Positions 39,094 to 50,879 of a stretch of 64,000 nt of DNA are shown here, in pieces. The translations under genes and the position numbers were made by a program. Below the pieces are notes generated by a model. The model had not been told where the DNA came from. It did no database searches and saw nothing but the letters and a program-made list of their open reading frames with translations. Origin of the DNA: Eledone cirrhosa (Eukaryota); contig OZ024742.1 in NCBI GenBank assembly GCA_964016885.1, positions 300,948,001 to 301,012,000 of the forward strand, written 5' to 3'. Each line of letters opens with the position of its first letter. Position 1 is the stretch's first letter.

Positions 39094-39326
39094 ACTTCTG
39101 GTCATTATTGAAAGTCTCTGGATTTCGCAAAATACATAATATTTTTTATTGGAGAAGGTACAATAAACACACACACACACACACACTACACACACACGCA
39201 CGCACGCATGCACGCACGCACACACACACAACACACACAACACTCACAACACACACACACAACACACACAACACACACACATAAACACACATATATACAC
39301 ATATACATGTATATATATATATATAT

Positions 39327-39395
<69 letters not shown>

Positions 39396-40564
39396 GGCGC
39401 GTGGCTGAGTGGTCAGAGAATTGGATTCGCAATCTTGAGTTTGTGATTTCGATTCGTTATGTCCTTTATTTCACGATGATCCTTCTACCTGGAGTTGCGA
39501 CCGACAGATAGTATGCCTTTGATACAACTGAGGATCCTCCCAACCCCTTGTTTCTCAAGATGTTTACGGCTGGATGCCCTTCCTATCACCCAACCACTAT
39601 ACAACGTATACTTATTTATACACAATAATTCTTAGAATATCGTATACATCTTAAAACTGGCTGTTACTGCCTGCCATCGATAAATGTTGCACATTAAGTT
39701 GTAAAAATGCAAAATTTTCTAAAATTTCTTGACAATATTCAACTTAATCCTATCACTAACATAATGATAAAGTAAGAGACCAATTACAATATCTGCATCA
39801 TGTGATTAATGATCGATATTTTGGTGTCTGCAAATAGTAATGTATGTATATATATATATATATGAAGGATTCGGGACCCCGACGGCTGAGCTGTTTAAAT
39901 GGCAGGAGCTCAGCCGTTGGGGTCTCGAATCCTTTATATTACCCACACTACTACCCCAAGTGAGTAATGGTCTACTACTCTGGTGAGTAATGGTGTAACT
40001 AGTTTTTACTGCATCCATTCTGATTTATATAAATACAGTGTACCCCGCCATTCGTAGTTCCGACATTCCCTGTCCCGGCTATTCGCGGAATTTTCCTTAG
40101 AACCATACTAATAATTGTTCGTGGAAACCACCTCATATTCGGGGTATTGTAAATAACTTGCGCGATTTTTTCAAGGCTTTTCTCGTGGCAATATATATTT
40201 TTTATCGCTAAATTACTAACAATATACCGTATTTGCCGACCTATTAGACGCCCCTCCACATAAAACTCTGCCTGTTTTTTTTTAATTATATTTTACGTTA
40301 TATTTTGACGTTTTTTATGGATCACGTCCAATATTAGCGGTCACTCTTCGCCGGTGCTCTAGGAACGTAACCTGCGCCAATACCGGGAGACTAAAGCTAG
40401 AAATATCCTAGACCCCCAGTAAACAACTGATGAGGAAACCCCCCTGTTCTTGCTTTCTTCGTATTCCCACTGCATTTTAAGTTACCTTAAATAGCAACTA
40501 CACAGCCATTTCTATTCTTCATATATATATATATAGTGTAGTTCATTCACTATATTTTTTGTCA

Positions 40565-40662
40565 CAACGCCAGTCTGAAGAGCAGATCAATAATGGAGTC
40601 GGGTCCATAACTCCTATAGGCGACCCGGAGCCAATCCTCTGCTAAACGCGTGTAACAGGTTG
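40565..40662 (+). ncRNA. Degenerate hammerhead-like motif
   Basis: CUGAAGA-gcaga[...]ucugc-UAAA (G12 lost)-CGCGU-GUA-acagg; stem I imperfect. Confidence 0.4.
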
Positions 40663-40816
40663 ATACACAATTCATGTAAACGAAACATTATCGTTTGTTT
40701 TTTTAATATATATCTATATATTTGTAGGAAAAGAGTCAGGACCCCGACAGCTGAGCTCCGGCTGTTTCGACAGTTAGATCGGATATATATTTGCCCATAT
40801 AAGCCTATATATATTT

Positions 40817-40871
<55 letters not shown>

Positions 40872-40872
<1 letters not shown>

Positions 40873-41076
40873 TATTTCTTTATTAGCCACAGGGGCACAA
40901 AAGAAGGGGACAGATAGATAGATAGATAGATAGATAGATTTCTTTATTAGCCACAAGGGCGCAACAAGAAAGGGGACAATACAAAGACATGCCGGGGATT
41001 TTACATACAGTCGTGTAAAAAATATAAAAACAAACAATTTCAACAATCGAAATCCCCAATAGGGGGGAGGCGCCAC

Positions 41077-41077
<1 letters not shown>
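40872..41077 (-). mobile_element. Two tiny Tx1 3'-end insertions within a (GATA)n tract
   Basis: About 40 bp (40872-40911) and about 140 bp (40939-41077) matching 15640-15778; each bounded by GATA repeats. Confidence 0.85.
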
Positions 41078-41154
<77 letters not shown>

Positions 41155-41179
41155 AGAGAAAGAGAGAGAGAGAGAGAGG

Positions 41180-41263
<84 letters not shown>

Positions 41264-42269
41264 ACACCACTACCATTCCCACCATCACCGCCACTAACAT
41301 TCTCACCACTACCATCACCACCATTATCATCACCATCACTACCATCAGCAGCACTACCATCATCAATATTACCACCACCACCACCACAAATAACAACAGC
41401 GACCACAAGAAAAACAACAACAACAACAAATCTATAATGACAACAGCGACCACAGTTCTATAAAGAGACTATCAAATGCCAAGCTTTTAAAATGGTTGTG
41501 AAGAACAGTGTAAAGCCATTTGACATTTCTTGATTAAGGTTGTTGACAGTAAAAATAGTGGCAACAATTTTAGTTTTGTTGTTGATGTAACTGGAGGTAA
41601 CAGTGATGGTGGTGGTGGTGGTGGTAGCACAGATCTCCAATGGATCTATGTCACATAAATGGAGATAGTGGTATAGGTGGTAGTGGTGGTGGTGGTGGTA
41701 GTGATAACACAGACCTCCAGTAGATCTATGTCATATAACTGGAAGTAGTGTTGGTGATGGTCGTGGTGGTGGTAGAAGTGGCTGTGGTGGTGGTGGTGGT
41801 GGAAGAAGAAGAAGAAGAAGAAGAAGAAGAAGAAGAAGAAGAAGAAGAAGAAGAAGAAGAAGAAGAAGAAGAAGAAGAAGAAGAAGAAGAAGAAGAAGAA
41901 GAAGAAAGGCCATAAATAGTAATGTACTCATAGAAATGATGGCTAGGATATCTTTGATTGTAGGTCTACAGAATCGGTATTGCCCAGAGGCCAAACAACA
42001 ACAACAACAACAACTCTCCATATCTTTAATATTGTTATGAAACTTTTACATCTCTTCACCTCATTTGCTGAGGATTGAGGCCAACCAATGAGGTATTAAA
42101 GACTACCACTACTAGTTCAATCCTCATTACAAGCAGTCAGTTTGTTAATATGCTGCTGGGAGACTGTATGCATCATCTGCTTCTAATCAAACAACACTGT
42201 CAAGCACCATGTTGTAGCTTTACGTTCAGAACATTGAAGGAACAATATTAAATACTGCAGGATCTTAAA

Positions 42270-42490
42270 CCCTTTAGCATTTACATTACTCTATATTTAC
42301 TATTGTATTTTCATGGTAAACATTTCATTTTACATAATTATCTCACATAATATCGAATCTATGAGATTTTGATATTATTTATTTTGAGAACAATACTTTA
42401 ACATCAGTATGAATGGCTGGTTACAACTGGCTTGAACAGAAAGAGGTGAGAAAATTCTGGCTGGATACAGCCAGTTTAAATGCTGAAGGG
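42270..42490. mobile_element. piggyBac-like MITE (copies 56972-57178, 61384-61591)
   Basis: CCCTTTAGCATTTA ... TAAATGCTGAAGGG TIRs with TTAA at or next to both ends; three homologous copies. Confidence 0.75.
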
Positions 42491-42742
42491 TTAATTCACT
42501 TCTCCACTAATTTTGCCATACTTGAGTAGTAAGAAACAAACATATACATATATGCATGAAGGCCTCTATGTGATCACTAACTCTGTTAGAAATAACAGCC
42601 AAATGTCCCTCAAGTCCTACTTACCATCTCATTAAAAGATGATATGGTCATAGCTGGAACAACTTTGTTGATGGGTCTACTGGGTCTTGGTTGACTTGGT
42701 CATAAGCAACAATAACAACAATAACAGTAATAATAATAATGA

Positions 42743-43910
42743 TTTCATTTATTAGCCACAAGGGCCGACATGTAGGGGACAATACAAAGACAGGGACAGT
42801 GGGGGTTTACAATAAGGTCGAGTAAAAGTGCACACTGGCAAGACTAATTTAACAATGAAAATATAAAAATATAAAAATATAAAATAAACTATGCATAAAT
42901 ATAACAAAATAAATTCCCCGATAGGGGCTGGACGACCCTGGGGTGACTCAGGTAGCTCACCTATCCTGAACCACCCTGCGCTTCTAGGGCACCCAGGGAG
43001 AGCACCCCTCTCCTCAAGTTAGCCAGCCTATAGGTGCATGGTCAGAGTAGGCCCATTCACACGAGCCATTCTCGCCACATTCACCCACCTTTTAGCAAAT
43101 GTACTGGGGGGCAGCACTTCTCTCTCCACCCTCACCTTCATTTCCAGGTGAAACTTGAAGAAGTTGATGAGGGATTGGCCGAAGAGAAAAGTGTCTGTCT
43201 TCAGTCCTTTTAATCTGGTGCACCATATAACCTCTTTCGCAACTGCCACCAGACAGAGGAAAATTTCCTTCTTTTCCTGATCTAAGGAAGGCGGCGGGTC
43301 GATCTTCACTGTGGACTCGGCCGATAGCCGGATTCGTTCCACACGCGACAGTAGCTGTTCGACATAACTCCAGAAGTCAGTAATGCACGGACAAGTGCGT
43401 GCAGAAAGGTTTCGTCGTTCTGTGCGCATCTTGGGCAGGTCCGTCTGACAGCACTTCAGTGCCTGTAGAGTTTATCCCGAACTGGCAGTGCCCCCGGTAG
43501 CACTGCCAAGCGAGGGATTTCGAAAGTCCTCCGGTACAGACTGGTCAGCTCGACTTCGTCGAGGCCCAAAGCTTCTCCGAATGCGTCATCGCACTTGCCC
43601 ACTAATCCTCTATAGAACTCGAGAGTGGAAGTTCCACTGATCGCATTGCCCGCTTGGCAGCTCAGTCAAAGAAACGAGCAGCAGAAAGGCACGTCTGATA
43701 AACGGCGACCACATCTGTTCACCGTTTAGGCAGAATATCTGGAGATGTCGCAGCCTCAACGCTTGCCTGCGCATCATTAGCCACGGCATACCCAGCCCTC
43801 CGCGTAGAGGGTGCTGGCAGCAGATGGACCGCCTCACCAACGAAACTTGTCCCCTCCACAAGAATTTGAAGAGGTGCCATTCAACTTGACGAGGCACGAC
43901 GGTCAGGCGG
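42743..43910 (-). mobile_element. 5'-truncated Tx1-like LINE, distinct subfamily
   Basis: ORFs 43028-43429 and 43610-43960 are homologous to the ORF2 C-terminus; the 3' end abuts (AAT/AAC)n rather than GATA. Confidence 0.85.
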
Positions 43911-45078
43911 AAATAATTGTTTCTACTTTTTGGCACAAGGCCAGCAATTACCCAGTGCATTACTGGTACTTTATTTTATCGACCCCGTAAGGATGAAAGG
44001 CAAAGTTAACCTCGGCGGGATTCGAACTCAGAATGGCACGGGCCGTAACTCTGTACGTCAAAGCATAGCGTCCAACCCTCTACCGATACTGCCAATCCAC
44101 CGGTAATAACAATAGCTAGAAGACTAAAATAGGCAATAATCTAGCCAGTGCAGTGACCAAAACAACAACAATAATAATAACAACAACAATAGTAGCAAGA
44201 ACAACAACAATAACTGTTTGTTAAAATCAGCCATAGCAACAGTCACCTACATGAGATAGATCTACTAAGCAGCATTTACCAGGATGGGGTGGAATGAACC
44301 AACAAGCGAACTTTCTTATAGTCACTCTATATGCTAGAAATAGTAGTCAAATCTCATAGCAAATCTTACCTTACCATATTATCTATATATCTAAAACAGA
44401 GAATGTCTGTCTGTCTATCTGTCTGTCTGTCTGACTCCCTAAAACTCGAGAACCACCCAACCGATTTTTTTCAAACTTTACACATGTAATACTTATGGTC
44501 GTGTGAATGTTTTGAGCAAAAAATATTTCAAATTTTCAATGGTCTAGGGACCGCATTAGGCGATTTAGCGATCTCTCTATAATTCTTAGTCTGTCTTTTT
44601 AGATAGATACATAGCTACGACGTCGCACCCTTATAATATCTGTCTGTATGTCTAGCAGAATGGCCCAGCGTTGCTCGGGATTCTAAACATAGATTGGCAT
44701 ATTTATCCCTCTTTCTGAAACAGTTTCGTCGTATGTTCACCAATTGATGCAGAAGTCATAATAAAAAGTAAAGCCGCCTTGGGTGAATAGACAAATAATT
44801 TTCCATTAAGATTTTTCAAAAGCATGTAATTGCGTTCCCTCTCTTTGTTGTTGTTGTTTTTGCTGCTGTCGAGCCTCGTGAAATAAATACGTTTGTTTAT
44901 ATTTTGTTATTGTGTATGCAAAAATAACTGTACACGAATATATAATTATATATATATTTATTAAAATAACAGATAAAAGTTTAAGCAAAGAATCGCTGCT
45001 TTCACTCTTAACGGGATCTTCTGAAACTAAAAAAATCAATCTGTGAACGCAGAAGTAAATATTTCGAAAAACGTTACA

Positions 45079-45118
<40 letters not shown>

Positions 45119-45787
45119 TATAAATATACATATATATATACACACACACACAGATAGCGAAGTCAATGTCGTAATGCAGACAGCCAGACATACAGACAGA
45201 TATTATAGGGCGAAACAGTACAGAGAAGTACGGAATACCTCGGCCTCGAGGTGGTGTCTACATTTTGTGCTTTCGTGAAATAAATACGTTTGTTTAGATT
45301 TTGTTTTTGTGTATGCAAAAATATCTGTACACGAATATATGTGCAGCAGTAAGGTGCACTGCACCATCTGTCTGCATATATTATGCAACAATGCACAATC
45401 GGCTTATGCGGCTTCATCAGCGGGTATCGCCTAATCAATAACCAATCGATCGACATAATCCAAACACCGGCCCGTGCCGGTCATGGCTGTTTGTGACAAC
45501 CGACACGGTAAAGCGATTAACTGGCAACCGATAGGACTCTATCTCTCAACAGCCACTGATTTACAAATTTTACGTGAGGACGGGAAGCTAAAAAGAATCA
45601 ATCTTTTAGTTCCTGTCAGAAATCCTCAGCCAACGTGTCTCACACACAAATTATCAAGGGGTGAAAAGATGGCTATTAGAAATAGCAGTTCACATTAATA
45701 TAAAATAGAATGGTAGCATTCGGTTCATGTCTCCAAGCCCCATGGCTAGAGGAAAGCGATGGTAACAATGGTAGTGCTAATCTGTTA

Positions 45788-45860
<73 letters not shown>

Positions 45861-46006
45861 ATACTTTGGGAGGTTCATGTTGCCAATAAGAAACACACGC
45901 ACCAGTTGCTTTCACTTCAATTTATTATAATAAATTTATAAATTTAGGAAGTTATAAATTTCCGGTTGGTTGGTTGGTTCCACAACCAGATGGTTGTTTA
46001 TATATT

Positions 46007-46049
46007 GTCAAAGTTCTTTCGTCACACATTCTGTGACCTCTTCAGTGAC
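46007..46049 (-). ncRNA. Minimal hammerhead ribozyme in the Penelope 3' pLTR (copies 27949-27991, 50688-50730)
   Basis: guca-CUGAAGA-g-gucaca gaaug ugugac-GAAA-GAAC-UU-ugac; the 50688 copy has CUGAGGA, i.e. variation at the free N7 position. Confidence 0.7.
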
Positions 46050-47096
46050 TGGGGATTCTTTTCTTTGTTTTTGTGCCTCTCCTTTGTTCTGTCCTACGCC
46101 ATCTTGTTTTTGTGTGTGTTGTGTGCTTAGTTTGCGCATGTGTTACATCCGGGTGTCTGTGTGTGTTTATATTTGTTTATTTATTTGTTTATTTACATGT
46201 TACAGGTTGGTTGTTTGTTCTATGTGCGTGTGTGTTTTCATTTTGTCCTTAATTGTAAGTTGTGATGTTGCTGTTCCACTCATGTTTTCTATTTAATTTT
46301 GGTTGTAATTCTTTTATGTTTATTGCCTCTGTGATTTGTCTAAACATTGCGTCTTTTCTGTGTGTAGATTCTATTTTTATTTCTATGTTCTCTAATTTAC
46401 CCTTATGTTCTATTTTAGCATGTTGGTAGAGTACAGATGATTCTTTACTATCTTGAAGGTCTCGCCAGTGTTCATTTATCCGTTCCCCTACACTACGAGC
46501 TGTCTCACCTATGTACACTATATTTTTGTCTCTACATTGTCCTTCAGTACATCTTATGCTATATACTACATTTCTAGTTTTACAGTTAATATGGGGGCTT
46601 AATTTACAGGTTATACATTTCTTATCTATACAGGGGGTCTTTGAAAAGGGTATGTCTTGCTAATAAGTGTTTTTACGGAGGTACCTGGTCTTTCTACTAT
46701 CTTAATATTCAGTTTATGTTTATCTAGGGCCCTTCTAAATTTGTAAGCTAATTCACCTCTAGGGGTTGTATCGATGAACATTACACTCTGGTATTTATTG
46801 CTATCATACCATGAGTTTATTCTATTAGCCTTATTCCTAGTTCTTTCTATTCTATTCCAAAATTTGCTCCTTTACAAGGGGCAGGTCCCATTTGTGTCAT
46901 TATTTACCATTTTTTCCCATTTGGTTCTGGCTCCTCTATACACTCTGATTTTATCTCTCTGATTGTAGCCAGAGAACTGCATACGGTGGATGAAGTGTTG
47001 TATGTGTTTCTCTAGTTCTTCGGAGTTGCACATGCGGGACACGTTTCTCATCACCCGTACCAAATTCGCAATCAGTATGTTGATTTTGGTATTGTC

Positions 47097-48542
47097 CTAA
47101 ACAGCTGAGTTTCGGTGGATCAGATATTTGGAAGTCACGGGTTTGGCATAATGGGAATGGAGGATTTGTTTTTTGTTATTAATGGTATCTAACCAGAGCT
47201 CTGTGTCTAGTACAGGTAATCGATGGTTGGGGTGTTTACTTGGGTAGTCTATAGTAACTCTAATACTCTGGTCGATGGAATTAGCTATTTGCTGGATGCT
47301 TTCCATTGTGTTTTTCTCTAATTCCTGACTGTTCTCTAGTGGGGGTGTTTTAACTACGATGTTTATATCATCAACGTAGCGGGAGTACATTATCAGGGTT
47401 AAGGGGTCTTCTAATTGTTCTTTAAGTTTAAGTTTAAGTCTACTGTCCCACCATACCATGAATAAGTTAGCTATGTCACCTGCAATGCTAACACCAATGG
47501 CTGCTCCTTCCTCTTGGGCATATGTTTTTCCATTAAATTTGAACATATGTTCCTTAAGGGTTAATTTTATGCTGGTCCCCACCGCATGTGCAATCATTTT
47601 CTTTAGTTCATCGTGGTTTTCGGGTGTCCGTATGGCTCTGGTCCACCCGTTCCATCTATCTGTGTGGGTTTTCTTGGCCATTGAGGTAATCGTAGGTGGT
47701 CTGCCTCTTGCTGGTCTTGTAGGGCACAGGTTGCTAAGGTCATATGTGTCTAGGTAATTATTACTATAGGTAAGTTTAAGTAGGAGTCCCAGCTCACTGG
47801 TATCAATCCCACAGAACTCAACATTGCTCTCACTGATCATTTCTACGCATTTCTCTACAGCAAAATCCACGTCAATAGATGGATACAGGGACACAACATC
47901 CATACTACCTATTATGCAGTTTGTTAGGTCCCTAGATCGGTTACTCTCGCCGATTCTGCTGAGGAGGTCCTCCGTGCTGTCACATACATCTGGGGACATT
48001 TCAATGATGGGGCGTATGATCAGGAAGAGGAAGTAGGACAGTCTGTAGTTACTAGCAATGTTAGCTCCACAGACTGGCCGTGTTGGTGGTCCCGTGACAG
48101 AGTCACTGCCCGTGTTATGGTCTTTTCGAAGCCCATACAACGTTAGCACGTCATTGTTCCAGGCCTGGAAGTTGTTGGCAGTCCTTTTGTTGGGCTGCAT
48201 TATATTTGTCCACATCACCATATGGGCATTGAGGGCTTTTTCTCTATCCTCATGCTCTTGTGGTGTTACTTCTCTTGTGTTAGTGATGTGGGGTTGCATT
48301 GCCTGGATGTAGTTTGGCAGACTGTCAACCGACATTCTGCCAGACTTGTCTGTTGGAAAGCATGCTATCTCTCCATTACGCGAGCGCTGCATGAGCTTAC
48401 GCAAGCCATTTGCAGATTTATCTCCCAATTGCTGGGCCCACATTCTATTATGCTTCTTGCTATACTGTTCTATAATATTTCTAAGTTTAGATCTAGCTAC
48501 ACTAAATTGTGCTTCTGTTTGTTCATCGACCTGCGACGGCAA
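47097..48542 (-). CDS. Penelope-type reverse transcriptase (481-aa open segment of a disrupted ORF)
   Basis: PLE-specific DKS/G motif, DV.SLY, RYVDD. Confidence 0.8.
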   Translation of the reverse strand: MPSQVDEQTEAQFSVARSKLRNIIEQYSKKHNRMWAQQLGDKSANGLRKLMQRSRNGEIACFPTDKSGRMSVDSLPNYIQAMQPHITNTREVTPQEHEDREKALNAHMVMWTNIMQPNKRTANNFQAWNNDVLTLYGLRKDHNTGSDSVTGPPTRPVCGANIASNYRLSYFLFLIIRPIIEMSPDVCDSTEDLLSRIGESNRSRDLTNCIIGSMDVVSLYPSIDVDFAVEKCVEMISESNVEFCGIDTSELGLLLKLTYSNNYLDTYDLSNLCPTRPARGRPPTITSMAKKTHTDRWNGWTRAIRTPENHDELKKMIAHAVGTSIKLTLKEHMFKFNGKTYAQEEGAAIGVSIAGDIANLFMVWWDSRLKLKLKEQLEDPLTLIMYSRYVDDINIVVKTPPLENSQELEKNTMESIQQIANSIDQSIRVTIDYPSKHPNHRLPVLDTELWLDTINNKKQILHSHYAKPVTSKYLIHRNSAV

Positions 48543-50879
48543 TTGCGTGCGTTTGTTAAAAGGTAAAGTCGTGGCGTGGACTCGTCGCAGGTCGAACGAC
48601 TTATCGGAGGGATTATAAAAAGTATATATATATATTATATATATTAAAATAACAGATTAAAGCTTAAGCAAAGAATCGCTGCTTTCACCCTTAACGGGAT
48701 CTTCTGAAACTAAAAAAATTAATCTTTCGAAAAACGTTGCAACCGAAGGAAAACAGGAAGACGATACTTTGGTTCGTGAAGACGTTCCCTGGCAATGAAC
48801 GGAAAATAACGAACATAATACGTCAGCAATGAGAAGAATATATATATACACACACTATATATACATTTATATACACACACACACACACAGATAGCAAAGT
48901 CATGATGTCGTAATGCAGACAGCCAGACATACAGACAGATATTATAAGGGCTAGACGTTCCGGCGCCTAATGCGGTCCATAGAGCATTGAAAATTTGAAA
49001 TATTTTTTGCTCAAAACACTCACACGACCATAAGTATTACATGTATAAAGTTTGAAAACAATCGGTTGGAGCGTTCTCGAGTTTTAGGGTGTCAGACAGA
49101 CAGACAGACATTCTCTGTTTTAGATATATAGATCATCATTTCATCATTTCATCATTTCATTTTACGTCCGCTTTTCCCTGCTTGCAAGGGTGGGACGGGA
49201 ACTGATTCTGGCTTGATTTCTACAGCTGGATGCCCTTCCTAACACCAACCTCATTTACAGTGAGTGCTGGGTGATTTTTTTCCGTGGCACCTACATGACC
49301 ACTTTGCAGTGGAATGATATGGACCCCAGTCCTATCATCTCATTTCTACAGCTGAGTAAACTGGAGCAATGTGAAATAAAGTGTCTTGCTCAAGGAAACA
49401 ACACATCACCTGGTCTGAGAATTGAACTCACAACCTTTTGATTGCAAGGTCAATGCTCTAACCACTAAGCCATGTGCCTCCATATATATATATAATTATA
49501 TATTCATGTACAGATATTTTTGCATACACAATAACAAAATATAAACAAACGTATTTATTTCACAAGGCTCGACAGTAGCCAAAACAACAACAAAAAAGAG
49601 AGGGCATGTAATTACATACTTTTGAAAAATCTTCATGGGAAATTATTTGCCTATTCACCCAAGGCGACTTCACTTTTTATTAGGACTTCTGCATCAATTG
49701 GTGAACATACCACAAAACTGTTTCAGAAAGGAGGGATAAACATGCCAATCTATGTTTAGAATCCCGAGCAACGCTGGGCCATTCTGCTAGTATAAGATAA
49801 AATAAAAAGGAAAACAAACCACACTGGATAATGTTGTTATAATTGTAGACTTGATGTGGGGAAAGAAAAGACAGGATAGTTATCATAAGACTTTCAGTTA
49901 AAGATCTACTGATTAAGGGTTGACCTAGGGCTAAAAACAATATCAACAATAAAGAACTCTTTCACATATATATAAGGCAGTTGTTTGTTACAACACAGTA
50001 TCTGTTAATGGAATCAGCAGACATGTAACAATTTATAGAATTTTAGAAAACTTGTATAATAATTCTTTGTAATATTTTTCTTTGGATATCTACTGTTCTT
50101 TGAATTGTTTATTGTTCACAGAATTATCAGTTTTAGAAGAAAGTTGAGATTTGGGGAGTGAAGCAAGAGAGCAGGGGTGTTATATTTGTGGAATTACTGT
50201 GCATCTAAATTATATATATATTAGTATATATATATATATATTAGTATATATATATTTATATATATATATTTATATATACATATATACATATATATAATAT
50301 TAATTTAAGTATGTGCTGGTTAATTACCAAGACTTCATATGCTACCAGTGCCTTGAGAAAACAACACCAAATTTCAGCACTGAGCATATCAAAAAATCAA
50401 AATAACAGAAGCTTTATTCCATCATTATGTTTTTCTGTTTTTTCTATTCAAATTCTAGCTGTTGCATAATGGTTATCACCAAAATATATATAACAGCATC
50501 TATGGATAAACAAAGTTAATTTTAACCTGTTAACTTACACTTCTTATATATATATATATTGTTATACTTTGGGAGGGTCATGCTGCCAATAAAAACACAC
50601 ACACCTGTTGGTTTTCACTTCAATTTATTATAAATTTCCAGTTTTTTTGGTTGGTGTGTTTGATAACCAGATGGTTGTTTGTATATTGTCAAAGCTCTTT
50701 CGTCACACATTATGTGACCTCCTCAGTGACTAGGTTTTTATTTTGTGTCTCTCCTTTGTTCTGTCCAACACCATCTTGTTTTTGTGTGTTGTGTCAGATA
50801 AGAAATCTTGCAAAACAAATTCAAAAACGAAATATATATATATATAAAGATTTAAACAGATAAGCAATACAGTAGGATT

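Larger units (their letters stand above)
45855..48600 (-). mobile_element. Penelope-like element (RT and GIY-YIG) with 3' pLTR
   Basis: RT ORF 47097-48542 (TDKSG, SMDVVSLYPSI, GAAIG, YSRYVDD, LPVLD); GIY-YIG (VVYSI...YIGETARSVGERINEH...EAINI...PKLN) ending at 46249; a few disruptions. Confidence 0.9.
44382..49790. mobile_element. Nested or inverted non-autonomous Helitron-like elements
   Basis: 5' ends A|TCTATATATCTAAAACAGAGAATGTCTGTCTG at 44382 (+) and 49132 (-); 3' ends with hairpin CCCGAGCAACGCTGGG and CTAG at 49790 (+) and 44652 (-). Confidence 0.7.

Noticed and set aside
40427-40445. ctgatgaggaaacc hammerhead-like core
   Set aside because: No stem II between the core halves and no matching stems I/III.
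45400-45430. Minus-strand CUGAUGA motif
   Set aside because: Followed by GAUU rather than GAAA; stems not supported.
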